Shown: one piece after another, positions 26,608 through 42,054 of the stretch
How the letters are laid out: every line of letters starts with the position of its first letter
Position numbering within the stretch: the first letter of the stretch is position 1
Origin: the human T2T-CHM13v2.0 reference genome, Homo sapiens
Assembly (NCBI RefSeq): GCF_009914755.1
Contig: NC_060944.1
Length of the DNA: 64,000 bases
Strand: one strand, 5' to 3'
Notes under the pieces: model-generated
Databases searched by the model: none
The model's input: the letters and a program-made list of their open reading frames with translations, nothing else
What the model was told of the DNA's origin: nothing
Translations under genes and position numbers: made by a program

Positions 26608-27624
26608 TGTATATGCACATGAAGCATATATATGTGTACGTATATACATTTGTTATATATTATTTTATGTTAAAAGATGTGTATCCACACATATATTTGT
26701 TATAAATTTATATATGTTATATATCGTTAGTTTTTCGTGTGTGTGTATATATATACGGAGAGAGAGAGAGAGAAAGGAGAGAGAGAGAGAGCCAGATTGC
26801 CTCATGATTCTGCTCTTCTGACTAATCTAAACCCTAACTGAACCAGGGTGCAGGTGTGTATTTAAAAACATCATTTTGAGAAGGGCTTCTAGGCTTCACC
26901 AGTCCACCAGTGGGGACCATGTCTCCAACAATCCCCTGCTCTAGGGCATATGGTCAACTTCTCCAAATATGCCCAAACTTTTCTTATCTTATTTGTCTAG
27001 AATCCATCCCAGTATACAACATGTTATGTCTGCTATGTTATTATAGACATAGACATATCCAAAATGGGGTGAGCCACTTAGTTAAGAAGAAATAAATGGC
27101 TTACTACCACTCTCAGTCAGAAGGAAAACAGCTAGGGGCCTTGAAGAGTCAGCTGGTTGGTGAAAGAATGAGGATCTACTACGTATTCCCTTCAAACCAG
27201 TCAGAACCCCAAGCCAATTACACTACCCTCTTCAAAGCCCTATAACACAAATGTTTTCGATTTCCAGGCGCAGTAATAATAATTAATTACTTATTCATAA
27301 GAAATGCAAATCTTCTGATTCCTTCTTTAAATATCTTAAATGTCAAGTAGCAGGTGGTTTTCAATTCAGTAAACAAACTGCATTTGCTTGGATAGATGCG
27401 AACAGTGCCACAGCTACATTTACATCTCTCCTGGCTGAGTGAATGCTTCTATATCTTCTAACTTTGTTAAGCCAGATATAGACAATATTGAAAAGCAGGT
27501 TCCAAAGTTATCTTGCAAAGGCACCAGAAGGCCATATCAGCTTCTATATATCTTTGATAGTAATGACAAACACAGTGATGGACTTTTCTAGAAAGCTAAA
27601 CAAAAGAGTAACTTTTTTAGAGAA

Positions 27625-28251
27625 ATGGGACATGAAAACAAGGCAATGTGTGATCCAGAATTGGATCCTGGACAGGAAAAAAAAAGTTAGTGTAAAGGGC
27701 ATTTTTATAAAAATGAACAAAATCACGTCCTTTGCAGCAACTTGGATGCAGCTGGAGGCCATTATCCTAAGCGAATTAACACAGAAACGGAAAAACCCAA
27801 CACCACATGTTCTCACTTACAATGGGAGCTAAACATTGGGTACACAGGGACACAAGATGGGAACAATAAACACTGGGGATTCCAAAAGCGGGGAGGGAGG
27901 GAGAGAGGGAGGAAAGGGCTGAAAAACTATGCAAACAGTATTATGCTCACTCCTTGGGTGATGGGATCAATTCTACCCCAAACCTCAGTGTCACACAATA
28001 TACCTATGTAACAAACTTGCACTCCTGAATCTAAACTAAAAGTTGAAATGTTTAAAAAGAGTGTGATTGATTGGAGTAATTTAAATAATATCTGTTGATA
28101 GAATATTAGTATTATATCAATATTAAACCCCTTGAATTTGATAATGTACTGTGGTTATGGAAATGAATAGCCTTGATCCTGGGAAACACACACTGAAGAA
28201 TTACAGGTAAATGGGCATAATTTCTGCAACGTGTTCGCAGTGGTTCGGAAA

Positions 28252-28294
<43 letters not shown>

Positions 28295-28430
28295 GGGAGA
28301 GACAGTAATACAACAAATGTGGCAAAGTTTTAACAATTGGTGAATCTGGATGAATGGTATGTGAAATGCCTTTGTATTAGTCTTGCAAGTTTCCTGTAAG
28401 TTTGTAATTACATAAAAATTGCAAAGTAAA
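27625..28430 (+). mobile_element. Old L1MC/ME 3' end with a nested L1PB 3' fragment (~27712-28057) and (TG)n (28256-28291)
   Basis: 'tcctttgcagcaacttggatgcagctggaggccattatcctaag' (L1PB); host text 'ttggatcctggacaggaaaaaa', 'aacaattggtgaatctgga'. Confidence 0.8.
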
Positions 28431-28649
28431 AAACCAGTACCTCTACTTTATAAAAATACAGGCATAACTGAAAATGCCTTCAGTATTACATGCTAATTTA
28501 CTACTTAGTAGTTCCAATCATCAAGAGCAGCCATTATTATCTCCAAGCTCTAAAAAAAAAAATAAAAAGATACAGTAATTACCTGCCTCCCAGCTGAACT
28601 TCAAGCCTGCCCTTTATTCTCACAATAACAGATAAGTCTTATCTCGCTT

Positions 28650-28683
<34 letters not shown>

Positions 28684-28936
28684 CCCCTCTCTAAGTAGTG
28701 TCAGGACCTTTCCATGTTCTCTTTCCACATGGACTAAACTGGGCTTCCTCACAACATGGTGGCCTCAAGGCAGCTGAATTGTTCAAATGGTGGCTTAGGA
28801 ATCTCAGAAGCTGTCCTGAGAATCACGTCTACATGGCCTTTTATAAAACAGCTTCAGAAATCCACAGAGTTTCTTCTAACACAGTCAGAAGCCTGCCCAG
28901 TTTAAGGGGACAAAATATAGACACCACTTGCCATGG

Positions 28937-29287
28937 GCGATGGTCAGAATGTTTGTGTCCCCTCCAAATTCATAGGTTGAAACCTAACTACCAATGTGAT
29001 GGTGTTAGGAACTGGGGCTTTGTGGGGGTGATTAGATCATAAGGGCTTGGGAACAATGCCCTTAAAAAAGAGGCCCCAGAGAGCTGCCTTGCCCCTTCTA
29101 CCATGTGAAAAGACAGAGAGAAGCCACTGTCTAGGTATCAGGAAATAGACTCTCCCCAGACATTGAATTTGTTGATGCCTTGATCTTGGACTTCTCAGAC
29201 TTCAGAACTGTGAAAAGTAAATTTCTGTTGTTTATAAGCTACCCAGTTTATGACATTTTGTTGTAGAAGTCCAAACGAGCTAGGACC
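28937..29287 (+). mobile_element. MLT1A0 LTR nested in an older antisense MLT fragment (~28690-29385)
   Basis: 'atggtcagaatgtttgtgtcccctccaaattcata...tttataagctacccagttta'. Confidence 0.85.
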
Positions 29288-29677
29288 ACCACATTTTGAT
29301 GGCAGGATAGTCAAACTTACATTTTAAGAAGAACATGTGAGATGAGAGATCTTGTTATAGTCAATTTGAAACTACAATCTGTCACATCTTTCTAATATAC
29401 ATTTGTAAAATCAGATCATCATGAATGACCTCATATGAACATCTATTCCTAGATTATTTGTAGTCTCAAGGCCTGTGGAGAGACAGACTTATCCAATAAC
29501 AGAGAGCGCCCAAATCAATGCTTTTGGTCTGTTTCGTGTCTACAGTTTCTAAATGTCTTGTCTATATATCATACTCTTTCTGAGTAAAAAATTACACATG
29601 CATGCTCCAAATCACTGCAGGTATCCTTGGATAACACAAGCCTTCTAGGATAGTGGTGCGAGACCAGATGGAGTCAG

Positions 29678-30070
29678 TGTCTTAATTGGGAGTGCTCTTG
29701 AAAGCAGAGCCTGAGACAGGGCTTCGGTACAAGTAGTTTATCGGGAAGTTCTCTCAAAGATCAGGAGTGAGGGCAACACAGAATGTAACAGAGATGGGAG
29801 GAAATTCAATCCAACAATCCATTATGGAGTTGTAAATGAGCTTGTTGTAAATGAAGATCAGTGGAGAGAAATAATGATCCATCACCTTCTTTCCCAATTA
29901 GGTAAGGGTTGCCCCAGTGGGTGCAGACAGCCCCCATGCTTCCATGTTAGGCCCAAACAGTCCTGGGCATACATCAAAAGATGAAAACAAGTGGCATGAG
30001 GTTGATAAAAACAGCTGTATCATAGGTGAGTCTGAAAGAGTGGGAAGTAGGGCTCAGAGACATCCAGAGC
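29678..30070 (-). mobile_element. LTR16-like ERVL LTR
   Basis: 'tgtcttaattggg...aagcagagcctgagacagggcttcggtacaagtagtttat'. Confidence 0.55.
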
Positions 30071-30187
30071 ACTCATAATTGCTAAATAATCCATTTCACA
30101 TCCTCAGCAAGAAAAGCCTATTTTCCTTTGTGTCAAAAAATCGTCACAAAATATTAACAATTGTATTTAATACATTAACAATTTTGA

Positions 30188-30590
30188 GGTGCTGAGAGCC
30201 TGTTATGAAATTTTCAGATGTTTTGTGAGCCAGTTAAACAAAACCATTATTAAAATTAAATTACCTAAACTTGCCATTAAATAGATTATATTAAAACAAA
30301 GTTAAACATAATTTATCCTTTGTAATTATTTCACTACATTAATTATTCTGTATGGTCTTGGTATTAGTTATGTCTTTTGCATCTGTATGGTGAAAATACT
30401 ACATAACGTGCCCTCCCACCTATCTTTTCTCAACTCTGTGTTGCACATCGGTGATGTCGCATAGGTAATGTGAAACCAGCCATGGTGGGAGTGTTTACAT
30501 GACAGAAATCAGTAAACACTACAAATCAAGGCTTTTATCTTTTTTGTTTGTTTGTTTGTTTGAGAGCAGGTCTTTAAACATTTCCCAATA
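30188..30590. mobile_element. MER63-type hAT element
   Basis: 'catggtgggagtgtttacatgacagaaatcagtaaacactacaaatcaaggc'. Confidence 0.7.
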
Positions 30591-31899
30591 CAGCAACAAT
30601 CATTTTCACTTTTGTCCTTTTCATTCCTTCTACTTCCTGTTGAATCCTGTCTTCTCCTCTCACCCCCATTCTGGTAATGTCATGTTTATGTTCATTGCCT
30701 CAAAAAAATGGAAGATACACTAAAAGGAGAGGAATAACAACTGTTTTCCAGGCTTTTGAGTTGTGAAAGGTTAGGCCCTCTGGGAAGAAAGCAAGCTCAT
30801 ATACACAGATAATAAAATAGATTTTTGAGAAGGTAAGATTTAGATAAGTAAAGTTTGCTGGCTTACCCTCCCCTCAAACAAAATAAAGGACTTGGGGAGA
30901 AGAACGGGCATGGGGGTGGCTCCCTAAGAAAGGAAAACAATAAGACCTTAGGCACACCTCCTTGGGACAAGACTGATTGAAAACCAGGATAGGTTTGGAA
31001 GAATGAAGTAAGGGTTAAGCCTCCTTTGGTGAAATTCCAAGCAGTCAGGAAGACTGTGGGTTAGAAATAGAAGCAGATTATGTCTAGCCAGTTGGCCTTC
31101 ATCAACTTGACCAAGTCCCTGCCTTCAACCCCATGTGGCATAGGGATGTTGAATATCTCCTGCAGACCAGGATGACATGACAATGCGAGAAAGACCCTCA
31201 TCTGGGATCTTGCAACAGAACTTTAGGATTATGCACCAGTAATCTGTAGGACCAAGGACAGAGAGCCATGTGAAGGATGGCTCACAAAGATCAATGTGAC
31301 AGAGGAATGCATACCCCGGATCCAATGCCATGCAAACCATGACACAGTGAATACCTCAGAGCTAAACATCCAGCCCTGGGCAAACATGTGGAGACCCTGA
31401 ATTAACTGAAATTAAATTATACTTTATTGTGGCATAGGGTCTTATAATAGAAATTAACTAGAGTTGCAGAAAATAAAGACAGCTGAATTCTTATGCACTC
31501 GAGTTTGTGAGCTTGGATTGGTACCGGCTGACCTTGACTGGATGGGAAACCGAGTTTGGAAAAAGTACCTATTTTAAGTGTTCTTTTTGAGTTCATTTTA
31601 CCATTTGCCATATGAGGAACAGGTATATGCCTGTTGCTTCCAAGGGCCAGGTTGATAATAGGTTGTATTAATTGACCTAGAGGTTATGCCAGTGAGGGGT
31701 GCCTATATGCTAAAGGGACTTTCAAGGGACAGAATTTTGGAAAAATGAAAGTGCATTACAACTTTCTCATGTCTTGTCTAACATCCAGGAATCATTCTCA
31801 TGCCAGGATAATGTCTATCCCAGACACCAACATACTGAAAGAAACCTACATTTTTTCCCTCTCTCTAACTTCTGTGAAATATTGTATTATTTTACAGAT

Positions 31900-32732
31900 A
31901 TTCATTGCCAATCTGTGAGAGAGGATTCTGTTTGCCTACTGGGTTGACACCTGACTTGGCCACATGACTTGCTCTACCAAAGAAATGTGAGAGAAGTGAT
32001 GTGCTTATGTTTCCTTTGCCATCATGACCAGCAATGCTCCAGGTTTTAGAACACTGATGCAAAAATGACTGTCACTTCTCACTTCTCCCTTTGTAATATG
32101 ATTCTATAGCAACTTCCACCAAATTTGGAGATATGGAGATCGCTGTCCCTAGAAGCTGGGCTAGCCTGAGACATGATTTGGTCAATAGAATGTGGTAGAA
32201 GCAGTAATGTGCCTTTTTGTTAACTAATTTGCAGGAGGGTTTACACTCTTCCATTCACTGTTTTGGAATTCTGATACCATCGTGTAATTCAGCACGGGTT
32301 AGCTGAAAGAGGAGAGACCAGTGGACCAGGGATGCATTGTCTTAGCTGAGGTCATCCTAGACCAGCCTATGCCAGTCCATCCCCAAATAGGTGAGTGAGC
32401 CAAGCTGAGCTCAGCCAAGCCAGGCCCAGATCAGCAGAACTTTCCAGCTGCCATGTAGACTCACGAGAAAAAAATAAATGTTTATTCCTGAGTGCTGCTG
32501 AAGTTTCATGGTGGTTTGGAATTACAGGATTAATGTGGCAAGAAATAACTAATACACAGATTGAAGCTGCTCTGTTGGCCTGCACCTGGAGTACAGAAGA
32601 TGTAGGACAGAGCTACAGCAAGCAGGCACAAGGCACAAAGCATTAACAAGAAAGAAACATTCATGTAAGCCACTGAGATATGGAGTCTATTTGTTACCCA
32701 GAGTAACCTAGCCCATAGTGACTGATATACCA
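31900..32732 (+). mobile_element. Nested old MLT1 LTRs (inner ~32075-32557)
   Basis: Two MLT1-type termini: 'gcaagaaataactaataca' and 'taagccactgagatatgg...tgactgatata'. Confidence 0.55.
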
Positions 32733-32917
32733 ACTGACATGCCTAACTGTGCTTGATTCCTCAATTTCTCATTTCTTTTTTTCTCGCTGGTTGATTTCTT
32801 TTCTATGCTTTCTATTTCATAGAAACTGCGGTTGCACAGATCTCCTGTGACATGGACATGCAACCTCTTCTTTCTTGGTTATTCATCCTGAATTTTCCCT
32901 GACTTTGGTCCTATTTC

Positions 32918-33102
32918 TTTAATTTTTTTAAATTTTAATTTTTTTAAGCGATGAGGTCTCACTATGTTGCCCAGACTGGAGTGCAGTGGTGCAATGGTGA
33001 AATCACAGCTCACTGCAGACTCGAACTCCTGGGTTCAAGTGATCCTCCCACCTCAGCCTCCCAAAGTGCTGGGATTACAGGAATGAGCCACCACATCTGG
33101 CC
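32918..33102 (-). mobile_element. Monomeric Alu (FRAM-like or left/right-arm chimera)
   Basis: Single arm with left-arm-type 5' end and right-arm-type 3' end. Confidence 0.8.
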
Positions 33103-33799
33103 CCTGACCTTAGTGTTAAGATTCATTTCTTTCCCTTATATTCGAGGATCCTGGGACCAAAAGACTGGGTTTTGTTGAATTAGAAATTTTTTCGCTTTGC
33201 TTGATGACGAGAGTCTGCAAGACAAAGGCTAAGGTTATATTTTTGCGGGTCATTTGCAGATTACTTTTAGAATTTACTTACTTTTATGTTTATTCACAAG
33301 ATCATTTAAGGTATAGTGTGCCAAGCAGCCAACAAAGCATGACTTTTATTTTTCAGGTTGCTGGAAAATTGCTGAACTCTCCTGCAGTATTTTAAATAAC
33401 AACTGAACAACATTCAAAACAGCCCATCCATCTTCTCTATAGAAATACAGGTGCTACCAGAGAGCACTGTAGAAGAAGCTTTATTTCTGTCATTCAAGAC
33501 ATGGTTAGACATTCCAACAGAAATTTTTAAAAGAGATTGTCACCCCACTATATTTGTTAATGTGAAATGTTATTATTGCTTTGGAAAGTCTGCTTTGACC
33601 ATAACACTTTTCTCACTCTGCCTTTAAATTCCAAGTAATTCTAGTTGGAGAAAGACTGTCGTCTTCTGAGTTCTCCTACCAAAACTCTTCATGCCCAGGA
33701 AGATCAGATGCAAGGTTATCCGAGCTAACACTAGGAGGTTAGCTCCTAGTGCTGAGAAGGCCATGGATGAACACAGAAATGCCTCTGCTTAGGAACCAT

Positions 33800-34740
33800 T
33801 GCTGAAGGAAACTTCCACACACTAATGGTGGGTGTGGACATGGGTACAACCACTTTGGAAAGCTAGCACTAACCATGACAGTTCAACATTTGTAACCCAC
33901 CATGACTCAGCACTCTTATTCCTAGGTATATATTTAATAGAAATGTATATATTTCTTTACCAAAAGGTGTATAATATAATTTTTTTTAGAGTCTTACTGT
34001 GCCACACAGGCTGGAATGCAGTGGCACAATCATGGCTCACTGCAGCCTAGAATTCCTGGGCTCAAGAGATCTTCTCTCCTCTGCTTTTCAAGTAGCTAGA
34101 ACTACAGGCATCCTCCATCATGCCTGGCTAATTTTTAATTTTTCTTTTGTAAAGATGAGGTCTCACTTTATTGGACAGGCTTCTTTTGAACTCCTGGCCT
34201 CGAGCAGTCCTTTCATCTCAGCCTCCAAAAGCACTGGGATTATAGGCATGAGCCACCACATCCCATCCTATAATAGAGTATTTATAGCAGCATTATTCAT
34301 AATAGCCCCAAATTGGAAACTACTCAAATTCCCAACAGAAGTAGAATGGAAAAAATAAATTGTGGTATATTCATACAACAGAATGCTACCCAGCAATGAG
34401 TATGAATAACCTACAGCTATAGCAAACCATCATGAATCAATCTCACAAATATAACATTGAGGTGGAAAAACAGATGCAAGAGTTTAGACTGCATGAGTTC
34501 ATTTTTATGAGGTTTGAAAATAAGCAAAACTAGTCTATGGTATTAGAAATCAGGGTGTTTGCTACTTTTAGAGGGTGGTGACTTGGAGGGGGCTATGAGG
34601 AGGGCCTCTGTGAGGATGGTAATGTTCTGTTGGCTGATCTGAGTGTTGGTAACATGGGTATGTTTCCTTGTGAAAATTCTTTGAATTCCAGTTTTTTTTT
34701 TTTATATATTCCTCTGTATGTGTGTTATCCTTTACTAGAG
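33800..34740 (+). mobile_element. L1ME 3' end with an antisense AluJ at 33980-34268
   Basis: 'gtacaaccactttggaaa', 'tatagcagcattattcataatagccccaaattggaaac'; AluJ dimer inside. Confidence 0.85.
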
Positions 34741-34967
34741 AGTTAAGGGGAAAACAAGACAAGAAAGAAAACAAACAATTATTCCAAAGTGTTCTTTTGA
34801 TTATAACCCTATTATGAAGTCTCCTAATATCACTGATCTCTTTGATCTCTTTTTATTGTACATGTTCCATCCAAAATTTTATACTCATTTGTGTGTCAGC
34901 CTTATATATTCCAAAAACAGTACCTAGAATATATAGACATTCAATAAATACTTTTCAAGGAAATGAA

Positions 34968-35012
34968 AGGATGGATGGATGGATGGATGGATGGATGGAT
35001 GGATGGATGGAT
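34968..35012. repeat. (GGAT)n
   Basis: Direct observation. Confidence 0.97.
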
Positions 35013-35154
35013 AAACGAATGTCTATGTTCCCAAATATTCAGTGAGCAACATAAGGTGAGAAACTCTTTCTGGTCTTGCTCGCCAATGACCCACATGTTT
35101 GGCACAATGCCTGATACGTCGTGGGCCCTTAATATATATTCTTATTTTAAAAGA

Positions 35155-35405
35155 CAAGAAGAAAAGAAAGGAGGAAGGGAGGGAGGGGAGGGAGGAAAGT
35201 AGGGAAGAAGGAAGGGTAGGGAAGGGAAGGGAAGGGAAGGGAAGGGAAGGGAAGGGAAGGGAAGGAAGGGAAGGGAAGGGAAGGCAAGGCAAGACAAGGC
35301 TAGGCAAGGCAAGGCAAGGCAAGGGAAGGAAGGCAAGGGAAGGGAAGGGAAGGAAGGCAAGGGAAGGGAAGCGAAAAGGGAGGAAGGAGACAGAAAGGAG
35401 GTGGT
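35155..35405. repeat. Polypurine (GGAAG/GGCAA)n tract
   Basis: Direct observation. Confidence 0.95.
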
Positions 35406-35715
35406 GAGAGGGGGTGTTGCAGGGCCATGGTATGTCATTTCTACCATCCTGCCTGTAGATATTTAATGGAGAATTGTGCTTTTCTCAAAGTAACTTTTTT
35501 GCTGTTGTAGTCATTGAGCAAAAGCTCAAGTGGGGAACCACAGACAGACCAGGTGATTCTCAGGTTTCTGAGTGAGGGGGCTCAAACCAAATGACTTGGA
35601 TACTCCCCTAGTGCCCTGTTGCCTCTCCCCCTAAGAGATACACCAGGCCTTTGGGCCTGCCTAAAGCACCATTACACAGGCTGTATTTAGCAATCATAAC
35701 TTTATATCATTACTG

Positions 35716-36260
35716 TGTAGCCCAGAATATGCCACTTTGGCATGAGGATTATTTTGAGCCAAAGGCAATTAAGAAAAAGAAGATACAAGGAAAGCTCTCT
35801 TGACTCCCCTTATTTGCTTAAAAGCAGGGCATAAATTTACAAAAGTGTCCTTCCTCCCCTTTCTACCAGGAAAGACAAAGCATCTGTAGATGCTTATCAA
35901 CCTAGAGGTGGCACCAGAGGAGTCTACAGAACAAACTTTACTAGTTGGTCTTTACCTACCAGTCATTTCCCATATACTTGCCTTCTCACAATCTGCCACT
36001 GTTAGAGACTCAAGGTCCCTTTCTTTTGTCTTGTCACTTCTTTAAAAATGTATTATTCTTCTTCGAAGATGTCATATAGGTTGGAGTTCTAAGCCATCTC
36101 ATGAGAGTTACTCAATCCCTGGGTATGTTCCATGTATATATGAAATGAACATTCAAAAACTGTTTTGTTGTTCTTGTTGTTGTTAATGTGTCTTTTGTTT
36201 TAGGGGTCCACAGCTAAGAACTCATAAGGGTAGAGGGAAAATTATTTTTCCTCCACTATA
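35716..36260 (+). mobile_element. MER34-type ERV1 LTR
   Basis: 'aatatgccactttggcatgaggattattttgagcc', ends 'gggaaaattatttttcctccacta'. Confidence 0.75.
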
Positions 36261-36767
36261 AATGTAATGGCTAATAGTACCGGTGATTACATTTTTTCTT
36301 GTGTCCCAGGCACCTTGACATTCTTACAAGAGTTCCAGAAGATAGTTGCTAGTATCAGTCCATTTTAGAGATGCAGAGGCTGAGCACTTAGGTATTTTGC
36401 CTCAGGCCTTACAGCCAACATTGACTAGAGTCTGCGTTTGAACCTAAGCTCTTAACATCCTGTATTAATCAACCCCATCCACCAGAAAATTGCCAATTTT
36501 TACCAAGGTAAGCACTTTAACCATGATGACAGGTAAAGTTTCTTGAGCATGGCACCAAAGGTACAAGGCACCAAACCCTGTTCTTAATGCTCACATACCT
36601 CCTGTATTACTACTATCTGCCATACTACAGATAAGGAAACAGAGACTTTGAGGTTCAGGGAAGGTCCCAAGGTTATAGAACTTGCCCATGAGGGACGTAG
36701 CCTGGCTCCAGTGCCTATGTTCCCCATCATTACACTATGCTTCATCTTAAATGCTATTTCATTTAAT

Positions 36768-36951
36768 TTGCTGCTTCTCAGAACTGAACCAGCATCAGAA
36801 TCACCAGGAAGGCTTATTAAACATATTCCAAGACTCCATCCTTATGGGTGTTAATTCAGCAGGTCTGGGATGATGCTAGGGATCTGCATTTCTAGCAAGT
36901 GCCTAGATTTTGTGGAAGCTGCTGGTCCAAGGACCACACTTGGAGGAGCAG
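36768..36951. mobile_element. MER5A (hAT-Charlie), adjacent to MIR fragments
   Basis: 'gcatcagaatcaccaggaaggcttattaaa...tctgcatttcta.caag...ggaccacactt'. Confidence 0.8.
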
Positions 36952-38308
36952 TCATTTCATCTTCACAGCACCCCTGCACGGAAGATGCTATTACTTCCTC
37001 ATTTTAAAGAGGGGCTTAAACATCACATTATCTGCACAGTGCTTTGCACATGGTAGGTGGAAATCAGTGCATTTTGAATAAAGCAATGACATGATTTGCC
37101 CAAGATCTCATAGCTTAATGACACTGTGAATATTTAAATGTCTACTTTTATTTCAGGAAAAAAAAACTTTTAAGAACAGTCCATGGAGTCAAGGCTTTCA
37201 AATTCTCCATCTCCCACAAGATCTCGAATAGCTTCCTGACTATAATGAGCAAACAGGAATTGTGCTAAGTTAAACTGAAATTAGAACATCGCCCAAGAGT
37301 TAAGATTCAAGTAGTTAGATTAGATTAGAAAATATTTGTTGTTTTCCTCAAGTGCCTGTTTTTCCCTCATCTATCACAATTTAGTTTGTCACTACAGGTT
37401 GCTCTTGCATATATTTTAACAGACAGAAGTAATATTTTTCATTTAATCTAACCCTGGAGGCCAGATAAAATGCATAACAGTTTCTAGTTCATTCTTGTTT
37501 AACTTGAACAATATACTAATGTGATCAATATCTAGTTCCACTTTCCTCATTAGTAACAATAAAACATTGCCATCCAATTATGGTTCCTCAGAGTAACTGA
37601 AAGCATTTAAAAATGTTTCACTGTGATCACCCTCATGTGTAAAAATTAGGTAGACATTTCTGGAAAATGAAAAGAAATTAATGCACTGAGGTGGGAAGTG
37701 GAGACCCACCATTACAGGGGCTCTGAGTTCATACAACTTACAAAGTTTTAGGGCCTTCGCATCACTTGAAAGTTGAGCTGAGCTCTGATGTTCTCAATAA
37801 TGGATTCATGGAAAATACAGTTTTGTGCATTGTCTATCCAAAACTGACCCCAACACCTTCCTTATCTTTCTTTGCTTGACCATTCTCCCAAGACCAAGGG
37901 CACGGAGATTGGTGCTGCCCTCACTTCCTTTCCATCACCCTCATCTTCATACCCCACCAGCTGCCATGCACTCAAGCTGCACCACCTCTGAAGCGGATGC
38001 TGTTGGTGAGCTCCCAGGTCCTAAGGACCTTTACTGGTTCTCTGTGCCTATCTCTTTGATTCTGCCTGCTGTGCTTCCATAGTTTCAACCTGAGAGCTGC
38101 CTCTGAGACTCAGCATTCTTTCCTCCCAATGCTTGAAAATACGTATCACCCTGGGTGGTCTATAGTCAATGACTGACTGGTACCGAAGGATAAAACCCCA
38201 GTTGTCTCGACTTCAAACAAAACCAAAGAAAGCTTATGTTCAGCCTCTGTCATCATCACATTCATTCCACCCACTGCCCCCTCACTCTTAGTAGAAACAA
38301 AGTCTTTG

Positions 38309-39343
<1,035 letters not shown>

Positions 39344-39345
<2 letters not shown>

Positions 39346-39480
39346 GGCGTGAACCCGGAAGGTGGAGGTTGCAGTGAGCTGAGATCGTACCACTGCACAC
39401 CAGCCTGGGTGACAGAGCAAGACTCTGTCTCAAAATAAATAAATAAATAAATAAAAGAAAAAAGAAAAGAAGAAAAGAAA
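39344..39480 (+). mobile_element. Alu right-arm 3' part with tail
   Basis: 'atggcgtgaacccggaagg...gactctgtctc(aaat)n'. Confidence 0.92.
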
Positions 39481-40126
39481 CGAGGTATTCTCCAGACTTT
39501 CCCTCCATGTGAGCAAGTGAGTTCATCTACATGCAGGGATCTGGGAGAAGAGTGTGTGAGTCACGTGATGCTGAGGGTATGGTCCAGAGGAAGCTGGTGC
39601 AGTGGTGCAGCAGGTGCAGATCTGACAAGGTTAAAGCTCCAGGAAAATGAACAGTGAGGTACAAAGAGATGGAAGAATCTTGGATTTGATTGACAATGCT
39701 TGGTGAGAAGACAGGCTACCATAGGAGGACGCTGCAGTTCCACTGAATGAGCTTCCTAAACCAGAACAAGACAATGTTGGCTCCCAGAATCTGCCAAAGA
39801 ACAAGAAATGAAGTGTACAGACTTAACCTTACAGCACCTCCATGAGAACATTCCCCTCACTGGAAACTGACACTTGGCTCCTTTCTCATGCATGGATTTT
39901 TTAAAAAATATATAGATACAAAATGTTCTATTTCCATCTGCTAATTCAAATCTTTGAGTAATAAATCAACACTAAAAAATGTACACTTATTTAATTTGTG
40001 GCCGCTACAGGCAACATGAAAATATTTACAGAATGAAAAGCTGAGATTTCTCAGGAGTGCAGAATATTTGGCTCTATAAATCTAAAACTCTTCATTGAGT
40101 AGCTTGTAATTGGATATGATTGGTTA

Positions 40127-40606
<480 letters not shown>

Positions 40607-40623
40607 TTATTAACATTCCGTAG

Positions 40624-40770
40624 TATAGAACTTGCCCATGCGCCAAGTAGTCCGGCTCCAAAGCCTGTGTCCCTAATCATTACACTATGCAGCATCTTAA
40701 ATGCCATCTCATTTAATGTGGTGCTTCTCAGACTTGAACCTGCAGCAGAACCACCAGGAGGGCTTATTAA
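40624..40770 (+). repeat. Old direct copy of 36674-36820 (MIR end + MER5A start)
   Basis: Ungapped 147 bp, 24 mismatches. Confidence 0.9.
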
Positions 40771-41768
40771 AAAACATAAGCCCTCAGCAAAAAGCATTCT
40801 GAGTGGGTTTAGCCTATAGATGTTATGGATATGTAGATATCCCATTCACTGATTACTGGCATTCCTAGGATTCTTCATGGTATTTTCAAACTTGGGATAA
40901 ATCTGTGAATTAAAAAATTATCTGACAGTTACCCCTGTTCTCCCTACAATGTCCATTGGTGCTGCTGGAAAGCACGTCTGGCTAGATAGACTGCTAGTTT
41001 TATCCATTAATGGCATTTCTTATTTTCTCAAAGCCCTTTCAGATAAAAACAAACCACCATGCAATCAGTATTTACTTATATATTTGTATAAGAACCTGTA
41101 TTTTGCAAAACACATCTGTGTATATTTATTTCCTGAAATTACTTGCCTCTGTTAATCAGTGTCTTTCATGTTCTCTATCCAAATTGTAAACTCTGGGAAG
41201 AAGCCATGGCTTATATTTCTGTATCCTTTATTTAAAAACTAAAAACACTGAATAATTGAAATCTCTTCTCAAAACAAACAAACTCTGAACTGTAATTTGT
41301 GCTCCAGAGCTCCTTGTGTGACCAAGCTAAGGCTGGCACTTGCCCTGAAAGCACAGTCTTGCTTGGCCTCTCCTCCTTCCATGTCCTGCTTGCTCCACAA
41401 CCTTACTGACTTCTGGGAGCAATGCTCTGATAATTAGTTGCCCGTGTAGCCTCACCTTAGGGCCCGCTTCTAGAGAACTAAACCTCAGACAGTCTCTCTT
41501 GAGTGACAGTCTCTCTTAAGTGCCCACCTTTCCATTCCCAAAGCTACTATCTTGGTTCACTCCTTATGGTATAAGCAATTCTCCTAGTCATTGTGCCCCT
41601 TCCATCTAGTGCACTGTCAGACAACCTCCTAATGCATGTCTCTGATCACACCACATCTCCAATCAAAATCCAGCAATGGTTCCTCATTTGCTGTGGAATT
41701 TAGGAAAGACTCCTTGGCCTGGAATTTAAAGCCTTCCGTACCATAACTCCAAGCTACCAATTTGTTGG

Positions 41769-42054
41769 TTTTTTTTTTTTTGAGACAGTCTTGCTCTGTC
41801 ACCAGGCTGGAGTGCAGTGGATCTCGGCTCACTGCAACCTCCGCCTCCTGTGTTCAAGCAATTCTCCTGACTCAGCTTCCTGAGTAGCTGGGACTACAGG
41901 TGTACGCCACCACGCCCAGCTAGCTTTTGTATTTTTGGTAGAGACAGGGTTTCACCATGTTGGCCAGGATGGTCTTGATCTCTTGACTTCATCATCCACA
42001 AGCCTCAGCCTCCCAAAGTGCTGGAATTACAGACGTGAGCCACCGCTCCTGGCC
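41769..42054 (-). mobile_element. AluSc-like element inserted in an L2
   Basis: Dimer; TSD caagctaccaattt. Confidence 0.93.

Noticed and set aside
30720-31480. Possible old LTR
   Set aside because: The composition is suggestive, but I could not match termini or a family with confidence.
35023-35447. ~100-aa low-complexity ORFs (GKGRE / PSLPF repeats)
   Set aside because: They are translations of a pentanucleotide microsatellite.
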